Below, piece after piece: positions 35,296 through 48,111 of a stretch of DNA of 64,000 nt; position 1 is the first letter of the stretch; each line of letters starts with the position of its first letter. The stretch lies in NCBI GenBank assembly GCA_001643675.2, contig LSRY02000007.1:1426001-1490000 (forward strand), read 5' to 3'. The position numbers and the translations under genes are program-made. The DNA comes from Monocercomonoides exilis PA203. Its lineage: Eukaryota; Protista; Preaxostyla. The notes beneath the pieces were generated by a model. That model had not been told where the DNA came from. It ran no database searches and was given only the letters and a program-made list of their open reading frames with translations.

Positions 35296-38200
35296 ATGGG
35301 GTGCTGTTCTTCCCATGATAATAATGAGATTATTGTGAAAACAGTCGAAAGCGAAGTGGCTATTGATTCAACAAAAAAATCTTCTCGTTTCAGGAATCAT
35401 CAGCGAAAAGTTCGAATTTTACAAATTTTGTCATTTTTCCGCCAAAAAATAAAGCTAAACTTTGATTCTGAAATGAAAACGCAACAACTCAAATCTTTGA
35501 TACTTTTTCGCACAAATATAAGCGTGAACAATCAATTGCTATTTTTTAAAGGAATTCTTTTGCGAAATAACTTTTCACTGTCAGTGTGGAGCATAAGTCC
35601 ATCGGATGAAATACTGCTTGTCAAGAAAAAGCAATCGCTGATAACTATATTTGTAAATGTTGGTGCTTCTCAACGATTTTTCATCAGAGTCAGCGGAAAC
35701 ACCACAATACTAGAATTGAAACAATTTATTGAGGAAACATATCATTATTCAGTAAATGAGCAAGAGCTTACTTTTAATGGATGTGCCCTTTTTAATCATA
35801 CTACATTATCAAGTGCAAACGTTGTTGATGGAGCAGAACTTGAATTATTTATCTGTGCTTATCGATCTCCTCGATGGTTCGAGCTTCTTCCCCAAAATTT
35901 TATACCATGGCAAAACAAGACTCTCTGCTTTACAATTGGGGAAAAATTATCACTCGTCAAAATACCTTTCAATCCATTCTATCCTTTGGAAATATGCCTT
36001 GTGCACATCTGTTCTTTGGCTGGTATTGAACTACCGAACTGTCGTATCTTCTTCAATAAAAAGCAACTTCACCTCGAAAAGCTGCTCAAAGACTACAACA
36101 TTCAAGAAAATTCGATCATTGCTGTTGAAGAGATGGACGATAGCGAAGAAATCGATATGTTCTCGGTTGTTGTACAGATCCCTTCTATTAGAGAGCGCTG
36201 CCATCTTGCTTTTCCTGGTGTTAGAAACCCTACGCTGTTAGCTATTCGGGCATCGCTGGAGCGCGAAATTGAGCAGCCGCTGACAGAATACTGCTTCCAG
36301 TACGATCAGAGTGTGCTTCTGGACGAGTCAAAAGGGGTGGAGGAGTTTGATATTGAGAACGGGGATGTTATTCTGATGGTGGAGCGGTGTGTGGGCGATG
36401 TGATTGTGACTGTGAGCATCCCGTTCAACTTAGTCAGTTGCGAGGATCGGATGGCGCTGCTGGCGGGGCAAGGAGAGAATGCAGTGCAGATTGAGCAGGA
36501 AGCTGGTGATGTTTGTGCAAAGAGCAGAAAGGAGGAAGTGAATGACTTGGAATTGCATGCACAAATTGAACTGGGTGGGACGAGGGTGAATGCCAATGAA
36601 TTTGAAAATGGAAATGAATGTGATGAAAATTTAGGTCTTGAAAGAAAAACAGGCGAAAGGGAAGGAGACGAAGAAGATGGAGAAGATCACAAATCAAAAG
36701 AAAGCATCGAAAGAGCTGACGACAAATCAACCGAGCAAGAAATCTCTCAGTTTCAGACGACCACTCAACTCTCTTCCCACTTTTCTCAGCGCTCCACTCC
36801 GTATTTCCTTCATATTGGCTTCTCAACCAGTGCCACTCCTATTCATTCACGTACGCCTTCCACAAGAACTGCAAACAATCACTCGATCACTCCACAGCTC
36901 AGCATTGCTTCTGTTTCTGGTTATCCTTCTTCTGCTTTTGCTTCTTCTGCCTCTTCCTCTTCTTCCATCACTCCTTCATCATCAATCGCAGAAGGGTCCA
37001 TTTCATTGACACCTTATCTTCAGCCTTCGTTGTGTGCATCACCTCACCGCCCGTCTTTCATTACGCCCATCCACTTCACATCATCCACACAGCAACGTCA
37101 GCAACATCTGCAACATTTGCAGCCAATAAACTCTCCACTTCATTCAAACACTATGTCATCTCCTCTTTTCTCACCATTTCACCCTTCTCCTTCTTCTTCT
37201 CCTTTTCCTTCGTTTAGCTGCATCTCTTCGTACGAAATCGAAGCATCTCCCCAACTTCCTTACTTCCATCGTGTTACCCTGCCTTCTCCTGAAGAATCAC
37301 CATTCAGTTCGCCAAAGCCATTGCTGGATAAAACACAAAACTGGAACAGAACAAAGGGATCTCCGCAGCGCCGCAAAGCCAACAAAAGCGCCTCTGAAAA
37401 CGACGCCATTTTTGGAGGAGAAGACGGCCAAGCGCAATTCATTCTGAAGCCTTCGATAAAGACAGTGTGCTCCTCTGTGTGCGCCTGCTTCAACGTCGGC
37501 CTGACGAGAGAGAAGACGTTCAGCGACCTCCTCCGCTTTGTCCGAGCAGCGTTTCTCAGCAAACAGTGTGCCTGTTCGCCTTTTCTGGTGTATCACAACG
37601 GGAAACGGGTGTGTTTGAGTGCAGCTGTCTGTGAGTGTGTGGAGGATTTTGACCAGATTGACTTTGTGAATGCGGATTCGGACGATATTGTTGATCCAGA
37701 AATTGCGCTTTCCACGAAGAAGGGCAATGGATTTGATGAGGATAAGAATGAAGAAGAAGAAGATGATGATGAAGAGGAAGAGGAAGAAGAAGAAAGGAAT
37801 TCGAGAAAAAAAGTTGAAATCGCAGAGTTGAATGAAGGGCAAAGGTTAGCAGGAAATACAATAAGAAATTCAAATCAAACTGTGCTGGCAAACAGAAAGA
37901 AGAAAAGCAGTGAACTGAAAAGATTGGAAATGAAATTCAAAAACAGAGCGAAACAGTTCAAAACGACTGATGAAACCATCATTGAAGTGTTTGTGGACCA
38001 AAATCGGTCTTTTCTTGTTCCTGTGAAAGGAAGCGATACTTTTGCAACTTTGTTGTCCTCAGCAAATCCTTCCCATCCTTTGTCAAGTAATCTTGCTGCT
38101 ACCGATCCTTCTTCTGTGTCTATCATTTCTGTTCCATTCACAAACCCAGTTGATTCTTCTGATAAGTCTGTTCAAAGAAAGAGCTGCATTTCAAACATCA

Positions 38201-39447
38201 CAAATACACCAAGTGTAAGAGATCTGAAGGAAAGCATAGCTCTATTGGTTGGAATAGAGACAAATAGCTTTGATGTTCTGGGGTTTGATTCATCATCGTC
38301 ATCTTCATCTTTGGAAGAGCAGACATATTTGCTATTGGAAGACTCATTTCTGCTTTCAGACATTTTCGAGAACTTTTTTTATGCTGATTGTCTGTCTGCT
38401 CTTTCGAGAACATCACAATTATCATCTCAATCAAACACATCACAAACGCCAAATAGTTTACAACAGACTTCATCTTCTCAATCAAGTCACAGTTTGTCTT
38501 TATCATCAACTTCTTTCTCAACCTCATCATCATCATCTTCTTCTTCTTCTTCTTCTTCTTCAAATCCATCCAAAAAATTCGAAGATTTACAATTTTCATT
38601 TCCTCGAGTTCTTTTGACGCTCCACCGAGACAAAGAGGCCAAGCGTTGTGTGACTGTTGAGCTTCCTTTGTGGATCCAACGACGCACTTGTTCAATCGAC
38701 CTATCAAATTCTCTAGTAGAAGTGGAATCAGATGGAGAGATGCACATTCTTCTTAGTGGAGATTCGTGTGAGTTATCATCTTCTGCTCAATTTTTGCATG
38801 GGTCATCAACTCTATCGTCTTCAACTTCTTCTTCTTCTTCTTCTTCTTCTTCGTTGGATTCTGTTGACTCTCCTTCTCGTAAAGTTCGTTCTCATCACGG
38901 TTTTGTTGATCCGCTTCAGACGCCTGTTCGGCAGACTGTTTCGTCTGAACAGAACAAACTTTCTGTTGAGCACGATGAGCTTTTGAATGATCAGGCAGAC
39001 AGGAAACAGCATGTTACAATTAGCGACTCAGAGGAAAATGCAAAGGACATCACGGAAACTGAAGAAAATGTTGCTAATTCAGAAAATATTGGAGAAGCAG
39101 AAAGTGAGAATGATACAAATTCCCCTGGGAACGTATCTTCAGATTCTGATCTTTTGAACTCCAGAGAGGAAAATCTGCTCCAAGCTCAGCCGCAAAACAA
39201 TTCAAGAGTTGTTCTTTCTCTCTCTCCTTTTGCTTCGCCAGCTGTCATTATGGAAGTTGTGCACAAACTATTCCCTTCACTGCAGTCCACTCTTCTCTCT
39301 GTTGTTGGTGCGCCAGGCAAAAAAGAGATTGTAAGCGAGAAGATGCGTAACCCAACAAGACAATCGGAAAGGAAAAGAAGATCAATGATATGGCAATATA
39401 ACGAATTTGAAGACATGGCAGTGTTAAGAATTGCGAAAGCCAGTTGA
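35296..39447 (+). CDS. Multi-ubiquitin-like-domain protein with N-terminal acylation motif MGCC
   Basis: MGCCSS start. UBL-like units (TTILELKQFIEE...EQELTFNG...TLSSANVVDG; RIFFNKKQL...LKDYNIQENS; LLDESKGVEEFDIENGD) separated by low-complexity linkers. Confidence 0.75.
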   Translation: MGCCSSHDNNEIIVKTVESEVAIDSTKKSSRFRNHQRKVRILQILSFFRQKIKLNFDSEMKTQQLKSLILFRTNISVNNQLLFFKGILLRNNFSLSVWSISPSDEILLVKKKQSLITIFVNVGASQRFFIRVSGNTTILELKQFIEETYHYSVNEQELTFNGCALFNHTTLSSANVVDGAELELFICAYRSPRWFELLPQNFIPWQNKTLCFTIGEKLSLVKIPFNPFYPLEICLVHICSLAGIELPNCRIFFNKKQLHLEKLLKDYNIQENSIIAVEEMDDSEEIDMFSVVVQIPSIRERCHLAFPGVRNPTLLAIRASLEREIEQPLTEYCFQYDQSVLLDESKGVEEFDIENGDVILMVERCVGDVIVTVSIPFNLVSCEDRMALLAGQGENAVQIEQEAGDVCAKSRKEEVNDLELHAQIELGGTRVNANEFENGNECDENLGLERKTGEREGDEEDGEDHKSKESIERADDKSTEQEISQFQTTTQLSSHFSQRSTPYFLHIGFSTSATPIHSRTPSTRTANNHSITPQLSIASVSGYPSSAFASSASSSSSITPSSSIAEGSISLTPYLQPSLCASPHRPSFITPIHFTSSTQQRQQHLQHLQPINSPLHSNTMSSPLFSPFHPSPSSSPFPSFSCISSYEIEASPQLPYFHRVTLPSPEESPFSSPKPLLDKTQNWNRTKGSPQRRKANKSASENDAIFGGEDGQAQFILKPSIKTVCSSVCACFNVGLTREKTFSDLLRFVRAAFLSKQCACSPFLVYHNGKRVCLSAAVCECVEDFDQIDFVNADSDDIVDPEIALSTKKGNGFDEDKNEEEEDDDEEEEEEEERNSRKKVEIAELNEGQRLAGNTIRNSNQTVLANRKKKSSELKRLEMKFKNRAKQFKTTDETIIEVFVDQNRSFLVPVKGSDTFATLLSSANPSHPLSSNLAATDPSSVSIISVPFTNPVDSSDKSVQRKSCISNITNTPSVRDLKESIALLVGIETNSFDVLGFDSSSSSSSLEEQTYLLLEDSFLLSDIFENFFYADCLSALSRTSQLSSQSNTSQTPNSLQQTSSSQSSHSLSLSSTSFSTSSSSSSSSSSSSSNPSKKFEDLQFSFPRVLLTLHRDKEAKRCVTVELPLWIQRRTCSIDLSNSLVEVESDGEMHILLSGDSCELSSSAQFLHGSSTLSSSTSSSSSSSSSLDSVDSPSRKVRSHHGFVDPLQTPVRQTVSSEQNKLSVEHDELLNDQADRKQHVTISDSEENAKDITETEENVANSENIGEAESENDTNSPGNVSSDSDLLNSREENLLQAQPQNNSRVVLSLSPFASPAVIMEVVHKLFPSLQSTLLSVVGAPGKKEIVSEKMRNPTRQSERKRRSMIWQYNEFEDMAVLRIAKAS

Positions 39448-39784
39448 TCATTTATATGATTTTTTAATAAAAAAGTTGTTCTATAAATATGTTTAATATT
39501 TGTTTGTTTTATCTTAACCTTTTTTTTTTAGATATTTTTTTATAATCATTTATGAACACATTCTTGTTTTTTATTGTTCTTTTTAAAATTGTAAAACGAA
39601 ATGCTTAAATTTGTAATTAAAAAATGATGTCGTGAAGCAAGACACACAAAAGTCAACGCAAAGCTAAGAAAGTTTCAAACAAAAGTAGTAAGCAGATTTT
39701 TGCGAAAATTTGAATGTTGAACAAAAAATAATGAATTTCTGAAAGCATAACAACAATCAAAACAAAAAAAGCCAAAATGCAAAA

Positions 39785-40462
39785 TCAAGATTCAAAGACT
39801 TCGTCAAATACCCAGGAAGAATATCGAGGATCACCAGAATACATTACATAACTTGAATCATTAAATGGACGTCCCTGTTTTTAATTTAAAAATGTTTAAA
39901 CGTTCTGAAAAAAAGAATTATTAACCTTGTTTTTTGCTGATGAAAGCATTGTTAAAATTGATAAACATGTTGAAAATACAGCTACAATTAAAGAGAAAAG
40001 ATTATAATAACAATTTTTGAAAAAGCAAATCAAACTCATTGATGGTTTCCAATAAGAATATAAAACTGATAAACAAATATGCCCATTCGAATATACGTGC
40101 TGTTTTCGTATTAAAATTTTAAAGAATTTAATAATAAGATATGCAAACTGGATGCATAGGCACTTCTGGGGGAACAAAAGTGACTTTTGGATTTTCATAT
40201 GGATATTGAAGAGGAAACCAAAAGCGAAGTCTAAAATTTTCTCCATCGAATATGGAACCCGGTGGTCCGAAAATTCTCACATCAAATCTTTGGGGAAAAT
40301 ACAAACTCAGTTTATTCAACTTGATTAAAAGAAAACAACAAACTGCTGAAGAGATGAAGGCTCCGAAATGGGCTGAATGAAAGGTGATGGCTCTTCAAAA
40401 AGATGCTGTATATCTTTCATAATACGCTTTTTTGTTGCATCGCTGTACCCCAAAAGAGTCAT
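39785..40462 (-). CDS. UBE2W: Ubiquitin-conjugating enzyme E2, UBE2W-like; multi-exon
   Basis: KRIMKDI, FGPPGSIFDGENFRLRFWFPLQYPYENP, HP-HVYSNGHICLSVL, CLSILTMLSSAK, RPFNDSSY. The SNGHICLS catalytic motif and short C-terminus are typical of UBE2W. Confidence 0.85.
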
Positions 40463-41063
40463 ATGAAACGATACACAACAAATATTCAATAAATATTTCT
40501 TATGGTTTATTTGAAATTCATAATATATTATGGTTATTTATCTTTGGATATTTGTGTTTTCAGAAAAATAGTCTCTAATTCAAATTGTCGAATTTTAATT
40601 CAATAGCATATTTGTTTATGTTTATTTATTAATTTTATTTTTATTAACTTGAAGAAAATAAGGTGAGAGTTATGTTTTGGAAAAATTATTATTATTATTT
40701 GATAAATCTGCTTTCATTTTGACGGTTATTCAATTTCATAAGTTCCCTTTTTTGAAAATCAAAAGTGTTTCCAAAATGCTTTCACTTACACATGAAAAAA
40801 TTATTTTTTGTTTGAGCTTTGTTCTAAAAGACATTGTAAATATTGAAAAGAAACTGTTGTGAAAAAGAAAGAATTATCGATATTGACAAAGAGATAACAA
40901 GATTACAAAGATATATGTTTTTTTCTTTGCAATAACAAAAGAAAATATTCTTAATTGTATGCATTTTTTTTTAAACATAAATGATCATAACAATTATTTA
41001 ATTTATTTTCTTTTTATCCATTTGCATCCAACAATTGTAAACGTAAGAAAACTTTCAAAGTTA

Positions 41064-44000
41064 TTACGCTTTTGGTGCTTCCTCCTTCTTTTTGTCGTCC
41101 CATTGGTTGTCCCCCACAGACGGAGGAGGAGCAGGAGCAGAAGGGGTGCCGGCAACAGCTTCAGGAGAAGAAGAAGGAGAAGAAGAAGAAGAAGGCAAAG
41201 CTTCTGATGTTATTGTGGGTGTTGATGGAGTCATCGACATTGCTGGCCATGGCGAGGGAAGAGTAGAGGGAAGAGCTGGGAAATCAGTAACTGATTGAAA
41301 GGAATAATAGAAGAAGAATAAAAATGTTTAAAGAACCGGATTTTATATAATTAATTGAAAGGGAATTAAGGTTAATAAGAGTAAAGTCAATTAAATTTTC
41401 AAAAATAATAACAAAACAAATAACACCCAAAAAAATGCAAAGAAAAAAGAAAATTTTTATTTTAATATTTCTCTCCCCCCCCCCCCCCATATCACACCCC
41501 AGACATCCACGTCTTTTCCCTTTTCTGTGTGTTTCCCCTTCGAAGGAGGCAACAGCAGCTCTCGCGCGTCAGGGCAGTTGAACGGCGTGATTTCTGGCCA
41601 TTCTTCCCTCGGAATCTGCTGCGGCACCGTCAGCCCTTTCTTCTTCATTGCCCCCTTCTTCTCGCCTTCCCCTTCTTTCTTGTCTCCTGCTTCTTCTTCT
41701 CCCCCTTCTTTCTCCAGCTCCTCCAGAATCTCCGCCTGCGCCTCGTCAAACTCCTTCCCGCTCTCTTCGGCCTCATCCGATTTTTTCTCTCCTGCGTCTT
41801 TCTTCCCTTTCTTCTCTGCTTCTTTTCCCTCCTCCTCCTCATCATCCGTCGCTTCCCCCTTTTTCCCTTTCTTCTTCCTCAACTCCTCCCTTCTCTTTAT
41901 CCTCACCAGCTCTTCATCTCCATCGTCTGGCGCATAGTTGAACTTCCACCTTTGCGTCCTTCTGTCCAAATGGAAGAACCGCTGCCGCCACCCAACGCCG
42001 TCTGCCAGCCGTTCTGCTGCCAACTTCCGCTGCCTCTCTTCAATCTCGTGCTTCGCTTCAGAGGCGCCTTCTGTGTTGCGCTGGCGAAGCTCCTTTGTGA
42101 CGTTGCTCCACACCCTTGGAATTGGAATGAGAAGAAAGAAGATGGAGGGAGAATGTTGGGGTGGATTTTTTTTTTTTTAATTTATGTTTTGTTTTATTTT
42201 TTGTGGAAGTTGTAAGAGATTGTGAAAGAAAAAGAGAAAGATAACAGAAATAAGTGAAATAAATGCGAAATTAAAAAAAAAAAGTGTGTACATTATATTT
42301 GTTTCAACATGAAAATCACATTTAATAAAGACAACATTTATTCTCAAAAAAAAAAATATGAGCTTTTATTTCTGCATACCTTCTGCTTTCATATGGCTGT
42401 TGCATCTGTTCAGGGGCAACGTATCTCTTTGTTTCCTTTGCAGTTGCTTTGTCCCACAAAAGGAATGGTTTTCCATCCTGTGAAAATGAAACAATGAAGA
42501 TGGAAGAAAAAAGGCAATAATTAAAAATAAAATGTATTTAATAGAGTCAAAATCAATAAATATTATCGAATTCTTTCTTTCTTTTTTTTTTTTTTTTTCA
42601 TTCAATGACTCACTTTGAAAAATTATTTATAATGTTTTTTTCTATTTCACCTCCTATCTCTCTTCTTTTTTTTCTTTAAAAAAAAAAAAGTAATTCCTTC
42701 ACACTTTTCTTAAACATACCCCTAATTTTGCTGGTTTTCGCTGGTCAGTCGCATAAAGGTTCTTTGTCCAATCTCCATTAAATGTGATGATTGCCGGATT
42801 CTTCTTCTTCTTCTTCTTTGAATCTTCGCCTTCGGATGTATTCAGTTCTGTTATCTCTCCTTCAACTTGATTGTATTTTCGATAAAACATGCTCTGATAA
42901 CAATTTGGTTTCAAAAAAAAGAAAAGAAAGAAAGAAAGAAAAAGAAAAAGAAAAAAAATAATAAACAGAATAAAGAAAAGAGCATTAATACAATTCATAA
43001 AAAAATAAATATACAAAATAAAAATTCAAACAAAGAATATTTTTAAAAATGCATAATCAAAATAAAAGAATATCCATTAAATTATGTATATAAATATAAA
43101 TAAGCAATGTTGCAACAAATGTGCGATACCTTTTCTCTAAAATTCATTCTTGAAAACAGCTTCAAATCTTCGCATTTACATGTCAATTCACCACAAATCT
43201 CAACTGCCAACTTTCCAACAATAATTCCCCTTCCATAAACAGCAGGAAGGGTAATGGAATAATCTTCGAATAATTGCTCATTTGAAGATGAAGATGATGA
43301 AGATGCTTCATCTTTTTTCTTTGTTTTTTCAACTTTTAGATGAGCATCTCCTTCAAGTAAGCATACAACAGAATTCCCCAAGAATTTTGTTTTAGTATAC
43401 AAATTTGCATCTAAATGCCATTTTTGAACTTTGTTTTCAAATCTAAAGGCAGTAATTGGCGGATGATGGCTCACTTGTTCAGCAATATACCATGTTTTCG
43501 ATCCGTCTTCAGGATGAATCCAAAAGCAACGGAAAACTTCTCCGAGTGTTGGATTGTATGGTTTTTTAACTCCACGGCTTTGTGGGTACCAACCTGCAAA
43601 TAGCCATGAACTTATCCCTGCCATTTTTTCAACTGGATCATCTTTTTTGAGTGCGCTAAGCATCATAAATATAATAAAACATTAATCTTTCTTTTTTAAA
43701 AGAACGACAAAACTCTGAAAGAAGATGCGAATGTATCATAAAATCAGTAAATCTTTCAGTTATAGAGCGGGGCTCCAGTACAAAAGTGGGAACTGTCAAA
43801 AAAACAAATTTTGTGAATAATTCACCGATAAAATAATATTCAAACATAAAAGCGCATACGTGAAACTCTTGACAAATCCATTCCGAACTTTAATTGACTT
43901 ATCATAGCAAGAATAATGCTTCTTGGTTTTTCATCCAAAACTTAAAAAAATGAAATTCAATGTTTCAAATGCACAAAATTATATCAACCTTCTTCTTGGT

Positions 44001-44070
44001 CTTCAACAAACTCAATTTGAGATTCTGATACTTCGTTTTCCGCTTGTTTTTGTTCAACAACTTCAGACAT
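41064..44070 (-). CDS. Oxysterol-binding protein-related (ORD-only, Osh6/7- or ORP5/8-like); multi-exon
   Basis: GMDLSRVS-VPTFVLEPRS, KKPYNPTLGE, the EQVSHHPP signature, W..VT...A...K..IEERQR, and a charged/Ser-rich tail. Confidence 0.9.
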
Positions 44071-44949
44071 GATTTTTCAAAAGCAAAAAATAAGGGTTGC
44101 GAAATTTTTTTCACAATCAAATTCAATATTTCAAATGATTATCAAATTTCAAAATGTTCAAATAAACAACTTGTTTATTTGTTCAAGCAATTTGAAATAC
44201 ATCAATTCAATGATAATTTTTTACCAAATTTTTCTTCATCTGAAATATTTCATTTGTCAATGTTTTTTTATCAGTAACTTTTAATAAATAAATTTTCTAA
44301 CAAATTGCGAATATCATCTCCTAATTATTGAAAAATATTCAAGTATCGAATAATTGATAAATTTTTAATGAAAAATAACAAATATTTTTTTATGTCTGAA
44401 ATGGTGTCATTTTCTTTTTCCATAATCATTTTTTTCCTTCTTGAAACGTTCTTTTCTCACTATTTCCAAACATAGACGTCGCATGCCATCTGACGTGAAC
44501 ATTTTTGGAGTGATGTGACGTGACAGAGAAAAATATTAATTCCTTTGTTTTTTCAATTATTCTTTTGGAAGAAATAAAAATTCTAAAAAAATTTATTGAT
44601 ATTCAATTAATATTTATGAAATTTGATTGAAATGGTCAACATTATTATATTTATATATTTAATGTTCATTTTCAATTATCTCAATGAGCAATGGGTTGTG
44701 TCGTGATTTTTTTTTTTTTTTTTTTTGGAGTATTAATACTGCGTATATTATGTCACTGTTTGTCACTGATGTTATTAAAGTCAAATAGTCATTTTAAAAA
44801 GAGGTTGTGTTTTTTCATTAAAAAGTGTTTTAAAAAGAAGTTTTCAATTTCACAAAGTCACACAATTATTGTTTGTAAATAATTTTTTAATTTTTATTTA
44901 TTTTTTTTATTTTTATTTCTTATATATTTGAATTATAAGAGATGGTTTT

Positions 44950-46260
44950 TCACAAAAATGTGCAGTAACCTGACAAGATGCTTATGAAAACATAAACAGT
45001 TGTTGGAGTTTGGCGTCTGAGCGTCAGAAGCGAATGGCTGTTCAGTGGAAGGTGGTGTTCACATTTTCTACGGCTTGGAGCCGGACAGAGCGGCTGGCAT
45101 GCAGTGCGCTTGAAGTGCTGGCGGAGCATCTGGACAACGAGGAGGAGAAGGCGTGTCATGTGCAAGGTGTCCTCTAATACTTGCAGATGTGAACTGCATT
45201 CTGGGAAAGCGGATGAAGATGATATTCGTGGTTGATGAATGTGTGGCGAAGGGGTAGTTCAAAGCCAGAGCGAGATGGATGTGATCCAAAGAAGATGGCG
45301 TGTGTGGATGTGTAGAAAGCGGGTGCAACCTGTGTGCAATTTCTTCCCGTGTTGAGCAGTAAGATAGATCAGTGGGGAGAAGATGCTGCTCGAGTTCGAA
45401 TGGAGGGAGCTGCGCTGTGCTGTTAAAACTTCCTGACACCTGCTGGTGGAAAAAATTGCGGAGAGCGGATTATGAAACACCGTTATGATCATACAAGGCA
45501 GATTTCCGAGCGGCAGGGAAACAGGACGATCTGGCAGGAAGTGATTGAGAAGAGCTGAGCAGAAGAGGAGGTGGTGGAGCGGGAGGTGTATTTGAGAAAT
45601 GAACTTGCTGTTGGAGAATAGGCTGCAGAAAAACGTGAAGAAGGGATGACAGGGGAGGAGAAAGAGGAAGGATGTGAGTTCAATGAGACATCAGCGATTG
45701 TACCGAAATGAAAGGGGTAAGGGGTAGGCAGGAGGAAGAATCTGCATGATAGGTGTCGGTGGACAATCATGCTGAATATTTGGATAAGTGCTACGGTGCT
45801 GGTTACTGTTTGGTGCTGTGTATGGCAGCGGCTTCTTGTGGAGTCAGGAGAAAACGTGCCAGGACAGAACAGAGAGATATAGGAGTCGGCGTTTCAGTAG
45901 ATGTGGCCGTATGTGGCAGAGGGGGCAAAGGTTGAAGTTCTGCTGAGTGCACTGCTGTAGGACAAGGTGGCAACAGTGACAGAGCGGAAGAGCAACGCGG
46001 AGAGTGAAGGCATTGAAGGTAGAGATGGATAAGAAAGTGGTGAGGAAGCATAGGAGATTCACGATGGCTATGAAAGAAAAGAGGAAGGAGGAAGAGAAGG
46101 AGAGGAATTTCATCAAAGCAATGTGATTGAAGGAAGGGATGGAGGAAATGAAAAGAGAAGGGATGAAATGACAGAAGAGGGGAAAGAAAGAAAAGGAAAG
46201 AGAATGGGAGGAGAGCGTGGAATGGAAATGGGAATAAGAATGGAAGTGAGAACAAAGATG
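44950..46260 (-). other. Compositionally distinct degenerate repeat, possibly a remnant of a non-LTR retroelement C-terminal region
   Basis: Higher GC with strong purine skew. Broken reading frames with LRVALPLCHCCH...CPLCH and IADVSLNSHP, loosely like the zinc knuckle/REL region of CRE-type elements. Confidence 0.3.
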
Positions 46261-47176
46261 AGGGAGGGCTGTTAGGAAATTCGCTTCATGTGTGATTATT
46301 TTTACACATTCAGTCGGGGACGGAAACTCGAGCCAGGGAGGAAAACCGAGCCACTTTGATTAAAATCTTCAAATAAAGTTTTTTTTGATTATTATGAAGA
46401 AGACAAAGCCGTCTTTGGCCGGGCTGTAAGCCACAAATAAAATGCGCTCAACTGAAGACGACACAATCAATGCGCTTTAGGCCCAATACCTTTTGGACTA
46501 TTCGGAGAGAGAAATTGAGGAGTACAAATTAATTTCACGTGGATAATTTCTTGGAGCAATAAAAGCGAGAGACGAATGAAAAAAAATAAGAAAATGTGGA
46601 AGACCGACTTTTTTTCCCATTACAGAAGAGGAAGATTTTGAACAACAAATATTGTCAGAGGTGCTTTAAAGAAAAAATCCTACAAAAAAATTTATCGAGC
46701 AAATGGTTTCAATTCATTGTTTTATATTTTTATTTTACTAATTTTTAAATTTTGGCCATCGAATTTCTGTTGAAAAAGCGAAAAGATGATGAAGATATAA
46801 AAAAAGTGGACAATCATTGAACCGACAGATTTTTTACCAGACATCCAAAAATAGAACTGGTATAGCCGAAAGCTTCACCAATTGGACATGTTGTGCACAC
46901 ATGCAAAATAGTTTTGAATCCATTTTAAAATTGTTATGATTTGTTCAAACAGCAAAAAGACATCTGCCACAATTAATTTTCAACATCGACGAAACATCAA
47001 CATCTTTTTTTTAAACACAGCAAGATTACGTAGCATCATCTTCTTCTTCTTATTCATCTTTTATTCTTGAGCCATCCCTTCCATCTTCAACAACCATTTT
47101 ATTTATGACAAGTGCGGATGGCTGCAGATATATTACTCCAGTGCTGATCCCATTGAAAACAATTCCCAACGAATAT

Positions 47177-47444
47177 GTGACAAAATATTTTCCTTCAGGC
47201 ATTTTCATTGAAAAATTGTGCATTTTTCATTGATTTTTTGAGATCAAAAAACACGTTGAAAATATATTCATTTTTTGACATTCGTGAAATATTGAAAACC
47301 TTTATGTTTTGATTTCAACGATACCTATTTACGAATCTGAAAATATAATTTATTTTGAAATTTGAGAAAGCGAAACAAAGTTATGAGTGAAGCAATTTTT
47401 CAATGCCTTGTGCATAAAAAACTGGAAAGTCCATATTTTCCCCC
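47177..47444. mobile_element. ~270-bp MITE (family A, copy 2) inserted in the transposase gene
   Basis: Similar to 5772-6041 and ends ...ATTTTCCCCC. Removing it plus one flanking AT restores the frame IPNEY|IDLKQPH. Confidence 0.7.
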
Positions 47445-48111
47445 ATATAGACTTGAAACAACCTCACATGAGGTTTTTAATTCCAACTGCAAATAAACAT
47501 CTCACATCAAATCTATTTCTGGAATTATTTAAAAAATATTTTCTAACGGAAATATTGAAAAAAAATAATCAGATTGAAGAAGCATTTCGACATGCAACTC
47601 TCATAATGGAAGGAGGAGTTGGCCATTTTCAGGAGGATATAAAGAAAGAATGCAGAGACAGTTTAATTGACTTTATAAAACTTCCATCTTATACATCCCA
47701 CATCCTCCAACCTAACGATCAATTCATTTTTGCTAATAAAAAGTGTGTTTTTATTTTAAATCAAAGGATTGCGGCATGGTAACTTCAGCATCTGCGAGAA
47801 GAGAAGCCTTTGTGAAAGTTCTGAAAAATGGCATACCTGCAGCGAGCTATCCAGAGAAGATATTAGCATCCAGGAGAGAAAGCGGAATGTGGCCAGTGAA
47901 TAAATAAGGCATACTTAGACACCTTCCAGATTCTCCTCCGGAATGGGCAAAATCCGAAATTGAGTCAAAAAAAGCTTCAGAAAGTGCGTCCTATGGAGCA
48001 GTTCACAGAGCTTCTGATGGTCTTGAAAACCTTTTGAAATTAACAACTTTTAATCTTTTTAATTCAACTCAATCTTTCTTCATCATTCTTTTCTTTTTAT
48101 TCAACTGAATA

